Of a stretch of 64,000 bases of DNA, positions 41,869-51,922 are shown piece after piece. How positions within the stretch are numbered: the first letter of the stretch is position 1; every line of letters begins with the position of its first letter. The notes under the pieces were generated by a model. That model was given only the letters and a program-made list of their open reading frames with translations, searched no databases and was not told the DNA's origin. The stretch comes from a virus: positions 1 through 64,000 of the IMG/VR virus record IMGVR_UViG_3300021389_000010, one strand, 5' to 3'. The translations under genes and the position numbers were made by a program.

Positions 41869-42780
41869 ATGGCCCTAGGAACAACCAACATTTCTATTAG
41901 AGATATCTACACAGAGATGGGGAAGGCTGATAGCGCTAATCAGTCATTAGCCGAATTACGCTTTGGGGTAAACGATATTTACAATCAGTCTTTTGCTACT
42001 ACCGATACTGCGACGAACATAAAAATTGACCCGTTCAAGAGTTATGATAGTTTGGGTATGAAGTTTAGGTATCATCCTCCAAACGAGTATGAAACCTATA
42101 GAGATACTTCTACAACTCTTCTTGGGCCAGGACTATCTTTAAATAATAATGGAACAAGCACGGGTGACAATACAGGCGTGTTGTCTTTCGATGGGTCAAA
42201 TGATTTCTCATACTTTGACGGCGTAGGTAGTGGAACAGCATATAAACAAAATCCAAGCGGGTACGCAACGATTTGCTTTTGGATAAAAGTAGAATCACTC
42301 CCTTCTAACAATACAAACTTTCTTACAACAGATGCCACGGGTCAAGGGAACAACAGTCCCTACAAAGGATTCCACTTTAACTTAAGACCCGATGGACAGA
42401 TTCGTCCGGTGCGCGGTGATGGTACGGGTTCGGGTTCGGGAGATCGCCGTAGTTTTGGTACATCCTGGACATTGCAAACAGGAAGATGGCAGTTGTGTGC
42501 GTTTATATTATCTAACAGCGTCAACTCAGCGAGCAGTTCAACAAACTGGGCTTATACTTTTTACAACGGAGGACAAGCAAGCGGAATGACTTTCTTAAGC
42601 GGATCAGGAGGAGCAATGTCATTCGATAGCGGAAGCGGTTCTGTTGATGCGTTGTATTTGTCTATGGGTCAAAACTCAAGATATTTCAATGGACAGATTG
42701 GTCACATGTGGGTTTTTGATGAAGCCCTATCTGAGGAAGACATTACCACTCTTAATGAATCCACTTTATCATATTACTAA
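41869..42780 (+). CDS. LamG/ConA-like lectin-fold fibre tip protein
   Basis: LSFDGSND, TICFWIK, GRWQ and FNGQIG.MWVFD.ALS motifs. Confidence 0.7.
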   Translation: MALGTTNISIRDIYTEMGKADSANQSLAELRFGVNDIYNQSFATTDTATNIKIDPFKSYDSLGMKFRYHPPNEYETYRDTSTTLLGPGLSLNNNGTSTGDNTGVLSFDGSNDFSYFDGVGSGTAYKQNPSGYATICFWIKVESLPSNNTNFLTTDATGQGNNSPYKGFHFNLRPDGQIRPVRGDGTGSGSGDRRSFGTSWTLQTGRWQLCAFILSNSVNSASSSTNWAYTFYNGGQASGMTFLSGSGGAMSFDSGSGSVDALYLSMGQNSRYFNGQIGHMWVFDEALSEEDITTLNESTLSYY

Positions 42781-42977
42781 TGACACGAGACGAGTTTATT
42801 TCTGGTACAGTATTCAAGTTCGAAGAGGGCGATACCGATTCCTATCACTACGACGGTCATGGGCTCGTGGGCGATGTTCCTTATGTATTGGTTTCAACTG
42901 GAGATGAGGCGATTACCATTCAAATAAAGGAAGAGGAACAAAACATTTTATACTCTACATTAGACAAGGTGGGTTAG
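42780..42977 (+). CDS. Small hypothetical protein
   Basis: Coupled to the previous stop. Confidence 0.55.
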   Translation: MTRDEFISGTVFKFEEGDTDSYHYDGHGLVGDVPYVLVSTGDEAITIQIKEEEQNILYSTLDKVG

Positions 42978-43010
42978 ATGTTGTATCTTGAGTGATACAA
43001 ATTTAATTCA

Positions 43011-43574
43011 ATGGACATTAAAACTTATGTCGTAGATGACTTCTATGATAATGTGGATGACGTTCGGAACTTTGCGCTTGAACAATCGTTTGACCAAAAG
43101 GGAAACTACCCTGGTGCCAGAACAAAGTCGTTCTCTACAGATAGCACAAAGGCTACAATCGAATGTATAGTCAGCCCTCTGCACGGCCCTATAACCTATT
43201 GGTCAGATCAGGGTTACAATGCAGCATTCCAAATAACAACAGCGAAAGACAGGTCTTGGATTCACTATGATGGTGGAACCCAATGGGCTGGCGTGTTGTA
43301 TCTAACACCAGATGCACCATTGTCTGGAGGCACTGGATTCTATAAACATAAAGCAACAGGGCTTCTAGAGCCGGCTACGCCTGGTGAAGATGCAGCGTGG
43401 GATAACCAGGCGCAGGATGTGACTAAATGGGAATTAGCAAGTAGCATTGGTAACGTATACAACAGATTAATACTCTACAAGGGTAGTTTGTTTCATACCT
43501 CCATGGATTACTTTGGTAATGACCTTTATACGGGTAGGTTGTTTCAAACATTCTTTTTTAATACACAACGATGA
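43011..43574 (+). CDS. 2OG-Fe(II) dioxygenase-fold protein
   Basis: VVDDFY, WIHYD, AGVLYL, GT.FY, NRLILY...H and RL.Q.FF motifs. Confidence 0.75.
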   Translation: MDIKTYVVDDFYDNVDDVRNFALEQSFDQKGNYPGARTKSFSTDSTKATIECIVSPLHGPITYWSDQGYNAAFQITTAKDRSWIHYDGGTQWAGVLYLTPDAPLSGGTGFYKHKATGLLEPATPGEDAAWDNQAQDVTKWELASSIGNVYNRLILYKGSLFHTSMDYFGNDLYTGRLFQTFFFNTQR

Positions 43575-45883
43575 AAATAGTAATACACGCAGGATACTAC
43601 GCTGAACCATGGGACTCAAACACAGAGGGATTGGGAGGCACAGAACAATGTATAGCGAATCTAGCCAAGCAGTTTGCCGCTGTTGCGAATAACTCGGTAT
43701 ACGTTGTAGGTATGGTAAAAGAACGACACGACAAATACCTTGGTGGTGGAGATGTATACTATACACCTCTAGAGAATGTAAGCGATGTTGGAACTCCAGA
43801 TGTTTTAATAGGTGTGGCTTATCTACATTACTTAAAATATTATGACGTAGGCCCAGAAACTAAAAAGATATTTTGGCTACACAACGAACTCCCTTACTAC
43901 TGGTATCAAGGTGAGCGCATGACGGATAACGACATACAGCGGGCTTACAATGAAACAGAGGTGATTGTCTGTGTAACGAACTGGCATAAAGAAGTTTTCT
44001 CTATTCAAGAGAAGGCTGTGATACACCCAGATAAAATCAAGGTTATAGGCAATGGTATAAGTGTAAGCAATGTCGCGCCAGTTTCTAAGAAAGAGCCAGG
44101 ATCTTATGTATACACCTCGCATCCAGAAAGAGGGTTAGACAGAGTTCTAGATGACTGGGAACTTAAGTATTCAACAGGCTCAAATAAACTTCACATATCT
44201 ACACCTTCTTATGGATTGAAGTATTATGAAAAGCATTTCGCAGAGCGTGTAGAGCAAATGCAAAACGTAATCTATCACGGTAACCTTTCTGTAACAAAAC
44301 TGTACGCACTATTGTCGCAAATGGAAACCTGGTATTACCCAACAGAATACAATGAAACATTTTGTATTACTGCGTTAGAGATGTTAGCACACAAGGTTCT
44401 TCCGGTTGCAAACCCAATCGCTGGACTAGAGGAAACGCTCAATGGATTTAACAAAGAGATACAAGACTGGACAGCGGTAGAGAAGTATATACAGACCAAA
44501 GACTGGGGTAAGGTAAAAGAGGAATGGTATGGCCTTATAGAAAACATACCTTCACTTACTGCAAAGGACTCTATTGATTACTCTAATCTAGAGAACACAC
44601 CTCCCCTTCCTTTTGTAGACATGACGTACATCATTACCCTCCATCCCGAGAAGGAGCAAGAACTACGTAATCGATTTATGGAGTTTGGAATGATGAGTCC
44701 TGTAACGATATTCCATGGAACCAATGGGCATACCGGGGAGAACATGCCTACTGACTACGAGGTTTGTAATCATTGGAAAATAGATGGTCATAAAAATAAA
44801 TGGTGGGACAGAAATGTTTTGCCGGGAGAAGCAGGCACATCTCTTTCTCATTGGAGATTATGGAAGGATGCTTATGAAAAGGGTTATGAGAAGATACTAA
44901 TCTTAGAAGATGACTTTGAGGTAACAAGGAAGTTTAACAAAGAGGAATTGGAGACAGACTATGATTGGACTCTGTTCTACCTGTCTTGTAATTTTGTTGA
45001 GAAGCCAGAGGTTCTTTCTGAGAATCATGTAAAGCCAAAACTAACTTACTGTACTCACTCTTATATACTTACCCGTGAGGGAATACGCTTGTTGCTAGAG
45101 CAAAACTTTAATCATTACATATTTCCTATTGACGAGTTTGTTAGTGCAACATTTACAGAACATCCTAGAGGTGATCTGGGATACATCACTAGAGATACAC
45201 GCGCTATTGCATTAGCAAAAAACAAGCACATGTTTAAACAAAAAGACCAGGAATCTATGGGACACAATGTATTTGATTATACGAAGAGTTTTTTGAGAAA
45301 CATACCTTACGATGAGTTCGTGGAAAAGTTCTTGACATACAGCGCAAAGTTGAAGAAGTTTGACTTGATAGTAGATGAGCCTATACCGGACGTCTTTACG
45401 TTTCCGTTATTCACAGAGGAGTTTTGTGACTTAGTAATCAAAGAGGCAAATGCTTCTGGAAAGTGGACGAAGGACAGACACGAATATTATCCCGCTACAG
45501 ATATGCTGATTAGTGAACTAGGCTTGCACTGGTACTATGAAAGAATACTAAAAGAATATGTGTACCCGGCAGCAATACATTTATGGCAACTAAGTGGTAA
45601 GGGATGGAATGTAATGAATACTGAAACCTTTATTATAAAATACGAAGAGTCTGTACAAGGACATCTTGACCTGCATCACGATGCTGCAGACATATCTTGT
45701 GTGCTTGCTCTTAACGACGGGTATGAAGGAGGAGGAACTTATTTTAGTAGACAGAGTGCCCTGCATAAAGGGAAGGTTGGACACATAGCGATTCACCCAT
45801 CTCAAGTCACACACCTTCATGGAGCAAGACCTGTGGTTAAGGGAGAGCGATATGTACAGGTATCGTTTTGTAAAAGGCCATAG
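43571..45883 (+). CDS. Three-domain enzyme: GT4-like + GT25 (collagen galactosyltransferase-like) + PLOD-like lysyl hydroxylase
   Basis: YTSHPERGL and ETFCITALE; GEAGTSLSH..LW, ILEDD and PIDEF...HP; DVFTFPLFTEEFCD, HHD and THLHGARPV..GERY..VSF. Confidence 0.85.
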   Translation: MKIVIHAGYYAEPWDSNTEGLGGTEQCIANLAKQFAAVANNSVYVVGMVKERHDKYLGGGDVYYTPLENVSDVGTPDVLIGVAYLHYLKYYDVGPETKKIFWLHNELPYYWYQGERMTDNDIQRAYNETEVIVCVTNWHKEVFSIQEKAVIHPDKIKVIGNGISVSNVAPVSKKEPGSYVYTSHPERGLDRVLDDWELKYSTGSNKLHISTPSYGLKYYEKHFAERVEQMQNVIYHGNLSVTKLYALLSQMETWYYPTEYNETFCITALEMLAHKVLPVANPIAGLEETLNGFNKEIQDWTAVEKYIQTKDWGKVKEEWYGLIENIPSLTAKDSIDYSNLENTPPLPFVDMTYIITLHPEKEQELRNRFMEFGMMSPVTIFHGTNGHTGENMPTDYEVCNHWKIDGHKNKWWDRNVLPGEAGTSLSHWRLWKDAYEKGYEKILILEDDFEVTRKFNKEELETDYDWTLFYLSCNFVEKPEVLSENHVKPKLTYCTHSYILTREGIRLLLEQNFNHYIFPIDEFVSATFTEHPRGDLGYITRDTRAIALAKNKHMFKQKDQESMGHNVFDYTKSFLRNIPYDEFVEKFLTYSAKLKKFDLIVDEPIPDVFTFPLFTEEFCDLVIKEANASGKWTKDRHEYYPATDMLISELGLHWYYERILKEYVYPAAIHLWQLSGKGWNVMNTETFIIKYEESVQGHLDLHHDAADISCVLALNDGYEGGGTYFSRQSALHKGKVGHIAIHPSQVTHLHGARPVVKGERYVQVSFCKRP

Positions 45884-46044
45884 TATGAGACACTTTATAG
45901 ACCTAACGACAGAGCAATTAAGGTTGCTTTATATACTAATACCATCGCACCACATGGAAAGCGAAAAGGTTATGGAGATAGTAAAGAAACTCGAGACCCA
46001 CCTCGCTGTACCTGGGGTCAAACGATAATGCTTATATTTGCTCT

Positions 46045-46338
46045 ATGGCAAAAAGTAAGTATGCAAATTTTCTAAAGCGTCACGGTTTAAAAGGATTTAA
46101 CAAGCCTAAGCGCACACCAGATCACTCTAAGAAATCTCATGTTGTTGCGGCCAAAGAAGGAGATAAGGTTAAACTTATACGCTTCGGAGAGCAAGGGGCA
46201 TCAACAGCGGGCAAGCCAAAGTCTGGTGAGTCTGACAGAATGAAGAAGAAACGTGCATCATTTAAAGCGCGTCATGCTAAGAACATTAAGAAAGGAAAGA
46301 TGTCTGCCGCTTACTGGGCTAATAAAGTAAAGTGGTGA
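46045..46338 (+). CDS. Small basic protein
   Basis: K.IRFG.QG...SF.ARH...SAAYWA..VKW; TATATTTG box at 46033-46040. Confidence 0.7.
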   Translation: MAKSKYANFLKRHGLKGFNKPKRTPDHSKKSHVVAAKEGDKVKLIRFGEQGASTAGKPKSGESDRMKKKRASFKARHAKNIKKGKMSAAYWANKVKW

Positions 46339-46535
46339 TGGTAAAGAAGTATAGAAAAGGAGGCAAGTCCAAAGTAAACGAGGCGGGTAATTACACTAAG
46401 CCTTCTATGCGTAAGCGTATATTCAATAGGATAAAAGCAGGAACCAAAGGAGGTAATGCAGGGCAGTGGTCTGCACGTAAAGCACAAATGTTAGCCAAAG
46501 CATACAAGGCAGCAGGAGGTGGATACAAAAACTAA
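46338..46535 (+). CDS. Small basic protein (DUF5872-like N-half)
   Basis: YTKP..R...KGG..GQWSARKAQ...YK..GGGY. Confidence 0.65.
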   Translation: MVKKYRKGGKSKVNEAGNYTKPSMRKRIFNRIKAGTKGGNAGQWSARKAQMLAKAYKAAGGGYKN

Positions 46536-46774
46536 TGGCGCTTAAGAAATCACAAGAGTCCTTAAAGAAATGGACAAAGCAAAAGTGGAGAACCTCTGAC
46601 GGAAGTAAGTCGGAAGGGAAGAAGCGCTATCTACCAGACGCTGCATGGAAGGCGTTGTCACCAGCAGAGAAAGCCGCAACCAATAAAGCGAAAGCAGAGG
46701 GTAATAAAAAGGGAAAGCAATTCGTTGCTCAACCAGATAAAATTAAGAAGAAGGTAAAGAAGTACCGATCATAA
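46535..46774 (+). CDS. Small basic protein (DUF5872-like C-half)
   Basis: SQ.SLKKWT.Q.W.T...RYLP..AW..LS. Confidence 0.65.
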   Translation: MALKKSQESLKKWTKQKWRTSDGSKSEGKKRYLPDAAWKALSPAEKAATNKAKAEGNKKGKQFVAQPDKIKKKVKKYRS

Positions 46775-47308
46775 CTCCTCTATAGGAACAGGGCTTCTAA
46801 ACTTGTGACCCTCTTGATGTCTCTTTAGATTTTTCTCAAACGGATATTGTATTGACCGAAACCATAGTCCGAACGGCCCTGTTTTATAATGCTTTCTGTT
46901 TCCCTCTGGAGCACTACTGTTACTAAAGTAGTTTGTTATTTCATAAGACATTTCTTCTATATATGTTCCGTCCCACTTATCTATACCACCACAGTTCAGT
47001 ACACAATTATCTATAGTTTCCTTTAACTGTATGTCTATGTATATGCCGTGAGTAAAACCAATGGCGCATATTTTCCACATTAAATCGTAAGCCTCTTTAC
47101 TAGGCGTCCCTATTAGTGCTATATCGATATCCCATGTAAGCCAACCCTCTAAAGCACCCCCTAGGACATACGCTTTATATTCTCCCAGGTCTAACTTTTT
47201 TATATCATTGACGGTAGAGACAAACAACGGATCTTCAGTACCCTCTATGGAGTACCATCCTTTGCGCGTAAACGGGCCATATTCTATAGTAACATCTGCG
47301 TAACTCAC
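46769..47308 (-). CDS. Putative pol-beta-superfamily nucleotidyltransferase
   Basis: YVLGG......T.DID and a later IDI; probable GTG start after a TAAGTTTA box at 47314-47321. Confidence 0.5.
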   Translation of the reverse strand: MSYADVTIEYGPFTRKGWYSIEGTEDPLFVSTVNDIKKLDLGEYKAYVLGGALEGWLTWDIDIALIGTPSKEAYDLMWKICAIGFTHGIYIDIQLKETIDNCVLNCGGIDKWDGTYIEEMSYEITNYFSNSSAPEGNRKHYKTGPFGLWFRSIQYPFEKNLKRHQEGHKFRSPVPIEEL

Positions 47309-47361
47309 TTTAGTAAACTTACAAAACATTACTTAAATTTGCCTTACAAACACATAGTATT

Positions 47362-47949
47362 ATGAATGACAGAATGAAAGAGATGTACAAAAGCGGTGGC
47401 TTACTAAAGGCGCTTTTAAAGGATCCGTCTCAAAGAAAGATGGCTGCCGATATGCTTGCATCTAACAGCGACTCTGTTGTAGATGGTAATGCCGGTAGAG
47501 GCGGCACTAAAAAATATGTTGCCGGAGGCTCAGTAGAAGAGCGCATCAAAACAATGCTTGGCGCACCAGCAGGGTTTAATCCTGGGGCTAAAGACCAATA
47601 CGCTATGGGAGGCGTAATGAAGTACCGCATGGGTGGTAATATGCCTGGTGAAGACGAAGATGTCATTACTGAAATGGATCTCGACAGAATACAAGATTCT
47701 ACAAGTGGAAACTTTGAGTATGCCGGACAAGACTTTTTAGAGCAGCGTGAAGAAGATATTGAAGACGCTGGAAAACTCTTAAAGTTCTTTGCTGTCAAAG
47801 AAGCGGCACGCCTGTTAGACGCAGAAGGTATCAGCCCACGTGGTATGCGACCAGAGGAACTTTTAAATGCGGCTCGTAAAAAAGGATTGAACCCCATGAC
47901 AGCGGCAAAAGATTTGTTTGACAGAGAAATTGACAGACGCAGAATGTAA
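47362..47949 (+). CDS. Hypothetical protein with YxxGG repeats
   Basis: YKSGG, YVAGG, YAMGG and YRMGG; TAAATTTG box at 47334-47341. Confidence 0.7.
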   Translation: MNDRMKEMYKSGGLLKALLKDPSQRKMAADMLASNSDSVVDGNAGRGGTKKYVAGGSVEERIKTMLGAPAGFNPGAKDQYAMGGVMKYRMGGNMPGEDEDVITEMDLDRIQDSTSGNFEYAGQDFLEQREEDIEDAGKLLKFFAVKEAARLLDAEGISPRGMRPEELLNAARKKGLNPMTAAKDLFDREIDRRRM

Positions 47950-47971
47950 TATCTGTGTTACAATGATGAAT

Positions 47972-48000
47972 AAAAAAAGGGGGCCGTTAAGCCCCCTTCT
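47972..48000. terminator. Terminator between convergent genes
   Basis: A7-GGGGGC-CGTTAA-GCCCCC-TTCTT. Confidence 0.75.
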
Positions 48001-48005
48001 TCGTT

Positions 48006-48299
48006 TTATATTCTAGAGATAGTAGTTGTCTCTCTTCGTCCGTACCAAACGTGGTAGGAGATTCTCCACTTTTTGTGATAGAAGATTCTACTGTGTCCAT
48101 TCAAATCTTCTACAATCCTGTGCGGTTGTGCTAACTGCATCTCTGTAGGTAGGTCAACATAGTCGATGTGAACAATGGTGTCTCCAGGAAATGGGATTGA
48201 CAATTCGTACTCGTATCCTGCTGCTAAATCGAGGATACTTTCTTGTGCATTTGCTGCTACTCCAGTAAGGAGTAATAGGCTCATAATTAAATGTTTCAT
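48006..48299 (-). CDS. Small exported protein
   Basis: Signal peptide ending ANA-Q. Confidence 0.65.
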   Translation of the reverse strand: MKHLIMSLLLLTGVAANAQESILDLAAGYEYELSIPFPGDTIVHIDYVDLPTEMQLAQPHRIVEDLNGHSRIFYHKKWRISYHVWYGRRETTTISRI

Positions 48300-48379
48300 A
48301 ATAAATCGGTTAAAATTTCACTGCAGTAAACATAGTAATTCCTTTTTAACTTTGCAACAATCAGTTAAATTTTTTTGAA

Positions 48380-49537
48380 ATGAACAGTGTAGAATCAAAC
48401 ATGGAGCAGCAAATCAAAGACGCTGGCTTTAGTATCTCGGATACGATGCCAGGTGGAGATAACTCTGCACCACAAGAAGCGCAGCCACAGGAGGCGCAAC
48501 CAGAACAACCGCAGGCCGAACAGCCACCGGTTGAGAAACAAACAGCGCCCGAGCCGAGCGCACCAGTAGCAAATGCAGAACCTGCACCCGCTGCTCAAGA
48601 GGTTCAACAAGAAACCGCTCCCGTACAGGAGTCCACACCAGACCCTGTACAGCAAGAGCAAAGTTCTTTTAATGAGGATTTATCAGCACTCGAAACTTTC
48701 TTTGGTGCTCTGAGCGAAACGCAAACAGAGACTCCACAGCAGGTAGACAGTACTGAATCAATAACTGCAACAGAAATCGACCCACGAATTCAAGTTATTG
48801 CTGACTTCGTTGAGAAGACTGGACGTTCACCAGAAGATTGGTTCCGCTACCAGGCATTAGATCCATCCGAAATGGATGATCGCACTGCGATGCGTGTACA
48901 AATGGCAAGTGAATATCCATCATTGGCAAACGACGAGATTGATTTACTAATCAACTCTAAGTATAAGACCGATGACTCAATGTATAACGACGAAGAAGTA
49001 AGACTTGCAAACCTGCAGTTGAAGATTGATGCAGAGAAGGCGCGCAACAGTATTGGTGAACTCCGTAATGATTACACCACACCTGCTGTGCAGGCTTCTA
49101 CACCAGCCGAAGAGGAACCAAATCCCTTCGATGATTCTTGGCTCAATGCGAATCAAAGATCACTTAGTGAATTAAGCGAAATTGCTTTTGATTTACCAGG
49201 TGGTAAAGGATTCAACTTTGGGGTACCGCAAGATTATCGAAACGAACTTGGTAAATCTAACAGCGACATGACTTCGTATTTCGATAAGTATGTTGGAAGT
49301 GAAGGTCAATGGGATCACGACTTGTGGAACATGCATAGAACAGTGACAGACAATCTGCCACAAATTCTAAACAGCATTTACTCACAAGGTCTTAGTGATG
49401 GTCAGCGTACCATCGTTGAGAAGGCTGCTAACATAGACCCGCAACAACCGCAGGCTAATCCTAATATGAGTCAACAGGACTCGCTAACACAACAAGTACT
49501 TGATGCGTTAGGACGTCCGCAAATGTTTTTAAAATAA
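48380..49537 (+). CDS. Putative scaffolding/capsid assembly protein
   Basis: Acidic with a Pro/Gln-rich N-terminus, directly upstream of MCP; TAACTTTG box at 48347-48354. Confidence 0.6.
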   Translation: MNSVESNMEQQIKDAGFSISDTMPGGDNSAPQEAQPQEAQPEQPQAEQPPVEKQTAPEPSAPVANAEPAPAAQEVQQETAPVQESTPDPVQQEQSSFNEDLSALETFFGALSETQTETPQQVDSTESITATEIDPRIQVIADFVEKTGRSPEDWFRYQALDPSEMDDRTAMRVQMASEYPSLANDEIDLLINSKYKTDDSMYNDEEVRLANLQLKIDAEKARNSIGELRNDYTTPAVQASTPAEEEPNPFDDSWLNANQRSLSELSEIAFDLPGGKGFNFGVPQDYRNELGKSNSDMTSYFDKYVGSEGQWDHDLWNMHRTVTDNLPQILNSIYSQGLSDGQRTIVEKAANIDPQQPQANPNMSQQDSLTQQVLDALGRPQMFLK

Positions 49538-49558
49538 CTGCTATAAAAAAATATTATC

Positions 49559-50944
49559 ATGGCAAATTCGTACCCTCCGGTATTTAACGACAACAAAGCA
49601 GCGGTATTCCGTCGCCTTGACCCAGCGAAGTACACTTCGTTGGCTGATTTCATTGACGAAATCAACGCACCAGATAACCGTGACCAATTGGTTAAGACCT
49701 ATGGTTACCAGCAAATCTCTGGTGGACTTACAGGTTTCTTAAGTCTTACAGGTGCAGTACGCGCAAGCGGAACTGCTGACGCTGTACAGTACTGGGAAGA
49801 AACTCGTCTACACTCTTACGCTTCAGTTAACTTGGCAGCAACAGCGGCATCAGCGGCTACTACCTTGACTTTAACTAAAGCAACAAGTGATGCTAACGTA
49901 TTGCGTTTGAACGACGTTGTATTATGGAACGGCAAAGAGCGTGGTATCGTAACTGCTATCTCTCCAACAGGTGAGATTGGTCACGCTGCTACTGCTTCTT
50001 ACACTGTTGAGATTCTAAGTGGCAACATCGGTGCAACTGCAGCGACTGGTGCTTACAACCTTCCAGTAATCGGTAACTTGTTCGCTCAAGGATCTGATCA
50101 GAACGCTGGTTACCTAGAGTCAAACGTAATCAAGCGTACAAACTCTTACAACATTATCAAGGAAGTATTCAAGGTTACAGGTTCTCAAGCAACTAACATT
50201 GGTTGGGTTAACGTAGGTAACGGCGACTACCGCTGGTACGTAAAAGGAGAAATGGACACTCGTGCTCGTTTCCTCGACAAGCGTGAAATGATGTTGTTGC
50301 TAGGTGAGACAATCACCAATACATTGACAACTACAAACATCGGTGGCAACCCAACAGCGGGTGAAGGTTACTTCGCTGCTATCGAAGACCGTGGTATTGT
50401 ACAAGATGGTGAAATCACTACGTTCACTCAAATGGACACGTTGATTGAAACACTAGACCAGCAAGGTGCTGCTCCAGAGTACGCTATGTACGTAAACTCT
50501 TCTCAAGCATTAGAGATTGACGACATGGTTGCTTCATTAAATGGTGCTGCAGGTTTCACTAACGTAACCACTGGTATCGGTGCATTCGGTGGACGTGGAT
50601 CAGAACTTGGTTTCGACTCATTCAAGCGTGGTGGATACACATTCCACAAGCACTCTTGGAAATTGTTGAACGAACCAACACTATTAGGTTCTGCGAACGC
50701 ACACTACTTGGGAGCAATGATTCCGTTAACAACTGTTGTTGATCCTAAGACAGGCGATCGTGCTGCTGCTTTGGAGTTAAACTACAAAGACACTAACGGT
50801 TACTCTCGCGAAATGGAGCACTGGATGACAGGTTCTATCTTAGGTGTAAACAACACCAACGAAGATAGCCTTCAGTTCAACTACCGTTCTGAGTGTGCAT
50901 TGGTTACTCGTGCAGCAAACCAACACATCCTTATCACTGCATAA
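49559..50944 (+). CDS. Major capsid protein
   Basis: 461 aa, strongly biased codon usage, QYWEE..L and N...IIKE...V.GS motifs; followed by a terminator. Confidence 0.8.
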   Translation: MANSYPPVFNDNKAAVFRRLDPAKYTSLADFIDEINAPDNRDQLVKTYGYQQISGGLTGFLSLTGAVRASGTADAVQYWEETRLHSYASVNLAATAASAATTLTLTKATSDANVLRLNDVVLWNGKERGIVTAISPTGEIGHAATASYTVEILSGNIGATAATGAYNLPVIGNLFAQGSDQNAGYLESNVIKRTNSYNIIKEVFKVTGSQATNIGWVNVGNGDYRWYVKGEMDTRARFLDKREMMLLLGETITNTLTTTNIGGNPTAGEGYFAAIEDRGIVQDGEITTFTQMDTLIETLDQQGAAPEYAMYVNSSQALEIDDMVASLNGAAGFTNVTTGIGAFGGRGSELGFDSFKRGGYTFHKHSWKLLNEPTLLGSANAHYLGAMIPLTTVVDPKTGDRAAALELNYKDTNGYSREMEHWMTGSILGVNNTNEDSLQFNYRSECALVTRAANQHILITA

Positions 50945-50958
50945 GGAGAACAAACATC

Positions 50959-50988
50959 GGAGGGGGGCGTTGCCCCTCTCCTTTTTTT
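50959..50988 (+). terminator. Intrinsic terminator after MCP
   Basis: GGAGGGGGGC-GTT-GCCCCTCTCC followed by T7. Confidence 0.8.
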
Positions 50989-51008
50989 AATTATTTAATT
51001 CTATTAAA

Positions 51009-51809
51009 ATGGCAACACAAGCAAAGGCTGCACCTGCGGCAAATAAAAAGACTGCGCCCAAGAAGGGTTACAGCGCTATCAAAAAAACCCCTACCGCTCC
51101 ATCACAGAAGGTGTACGAGATTATCAAAGGTGGAGGTATCATATTCAAACTAAGAACAGAGGCAACAGTATTCGACGCAGAGTCAAACACTGTGCGTGCT
51201 ATTAGATACTGCCCAGGGGAGTCTAGTATTTATAAGGAAGAACAAAGCCCAAGTGCTAGACGTTCTCATATTGCTTTCAATAACGGATTACTTGCGGTGA
51301 ACGTGTCACAACCAAACCTCATGGAGTTCTTAGACAAGCACCCAAGCAATGTGGCTAATGGTGGTAACAAATTCAAACTTGTCGACAACAGCACAGACTC
51401 TGAAGAACAAGTAGAGCAAGAATTTTTAACACACGATGCTATTGCGTTGGTTCGCAATAAAGACTCTGATGAGATTTTATCGGTAGCGATTGCCCTTGGC
51501 ATCAACATCGAGCAGAAGATGATTGAGATTCGTCGTGAGTTACTGAGAGAGGCTAAAACAAACCCCGCTCAGTTTATATCAATGTTCGATGACCCACGTG
51601 TAAAAGTACGTTCCGCTGTTATTCAAGGATCAGACTTCCAGATTTTGGCAGCAAAGCCAGACGGAGTATATTGGTTTGACAGCGGCAGATTAATTCTATC
51701 AGTTCCTGCAGGGCAGGATCCTGTAGATATTATGGTTCGTTTCTGTCTCACTGAGAAAGGCGTTCCGGTTTACGAAGAACTCCTTTCTAGATTAGAAAAA
51801 CTTTCGTAA
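51009..51809 (+). CDS. Protein downstream of MCP, function unknown
   Basis: IRYC.GE.SIY..EQ and F.NG.L.V motifs. Confidence 0.7.
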   Translation: MATQAKAAPAANKKTAPKKGYSAIKKTPTAPSQKVYEIIKGGGIIFKLRTEATVFDAESNTVRAIRYCPGESSIYKEEQSPSARRSHIAFNNGLLAVNVSQPNLMEFLDKHPSNVANGGNKFKLVDNSTDSEEQVEQEFLTHDAIALVRNKDSDEILSVAIALGINIEQKMIEIRRELLREAKTNPAQFISMFDDPRVKVRSAVIQGSDFQILAAKPDGVYWFDSGRLILSVPAGQDPVDIMVRFCLTEKGVPVYEELLSRLEKLS

Positions 51810-51890
51810 GTTTGTCTTATCTCAGTACATAGGCATAGTAATGAGAATCGGTTAATGCAAGAAAGGGGGCCCCGTAAGGCCCCCTTTTTT
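51807..51890 (+). ncRNA. Candidate ~70-nt antisense sRNA with its own promoter box and terminator
   Basis: TAAGTTTG at 51807-51814; hairpin UCUCA-G-UAC[AUAGGCAUA]GUA-A-UGAGA; terminator GGGGGCC/GGCCCCC-T6 at 51865-51890. Confidence 0.55.
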
Positions 51891-51922
51891 ATTCGTATAT
51901 TTGCTACAAAGCCTCAAGGCAT

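Noticed and set aside
45819-46028. 69-aa ORF overlapping the lysyl hydroxylase end
   Set aside because: The annotated start is doubtful; a shorter product from ATG 45885 is possible but unsupported.
48573-48713. Basic +1-frame ORF (46 aa) inside the scaffold-like gene
   Set aside because: No paralog to test conservation, and acidic Gln/Glu/Pro linkers readily give such frames by chance.
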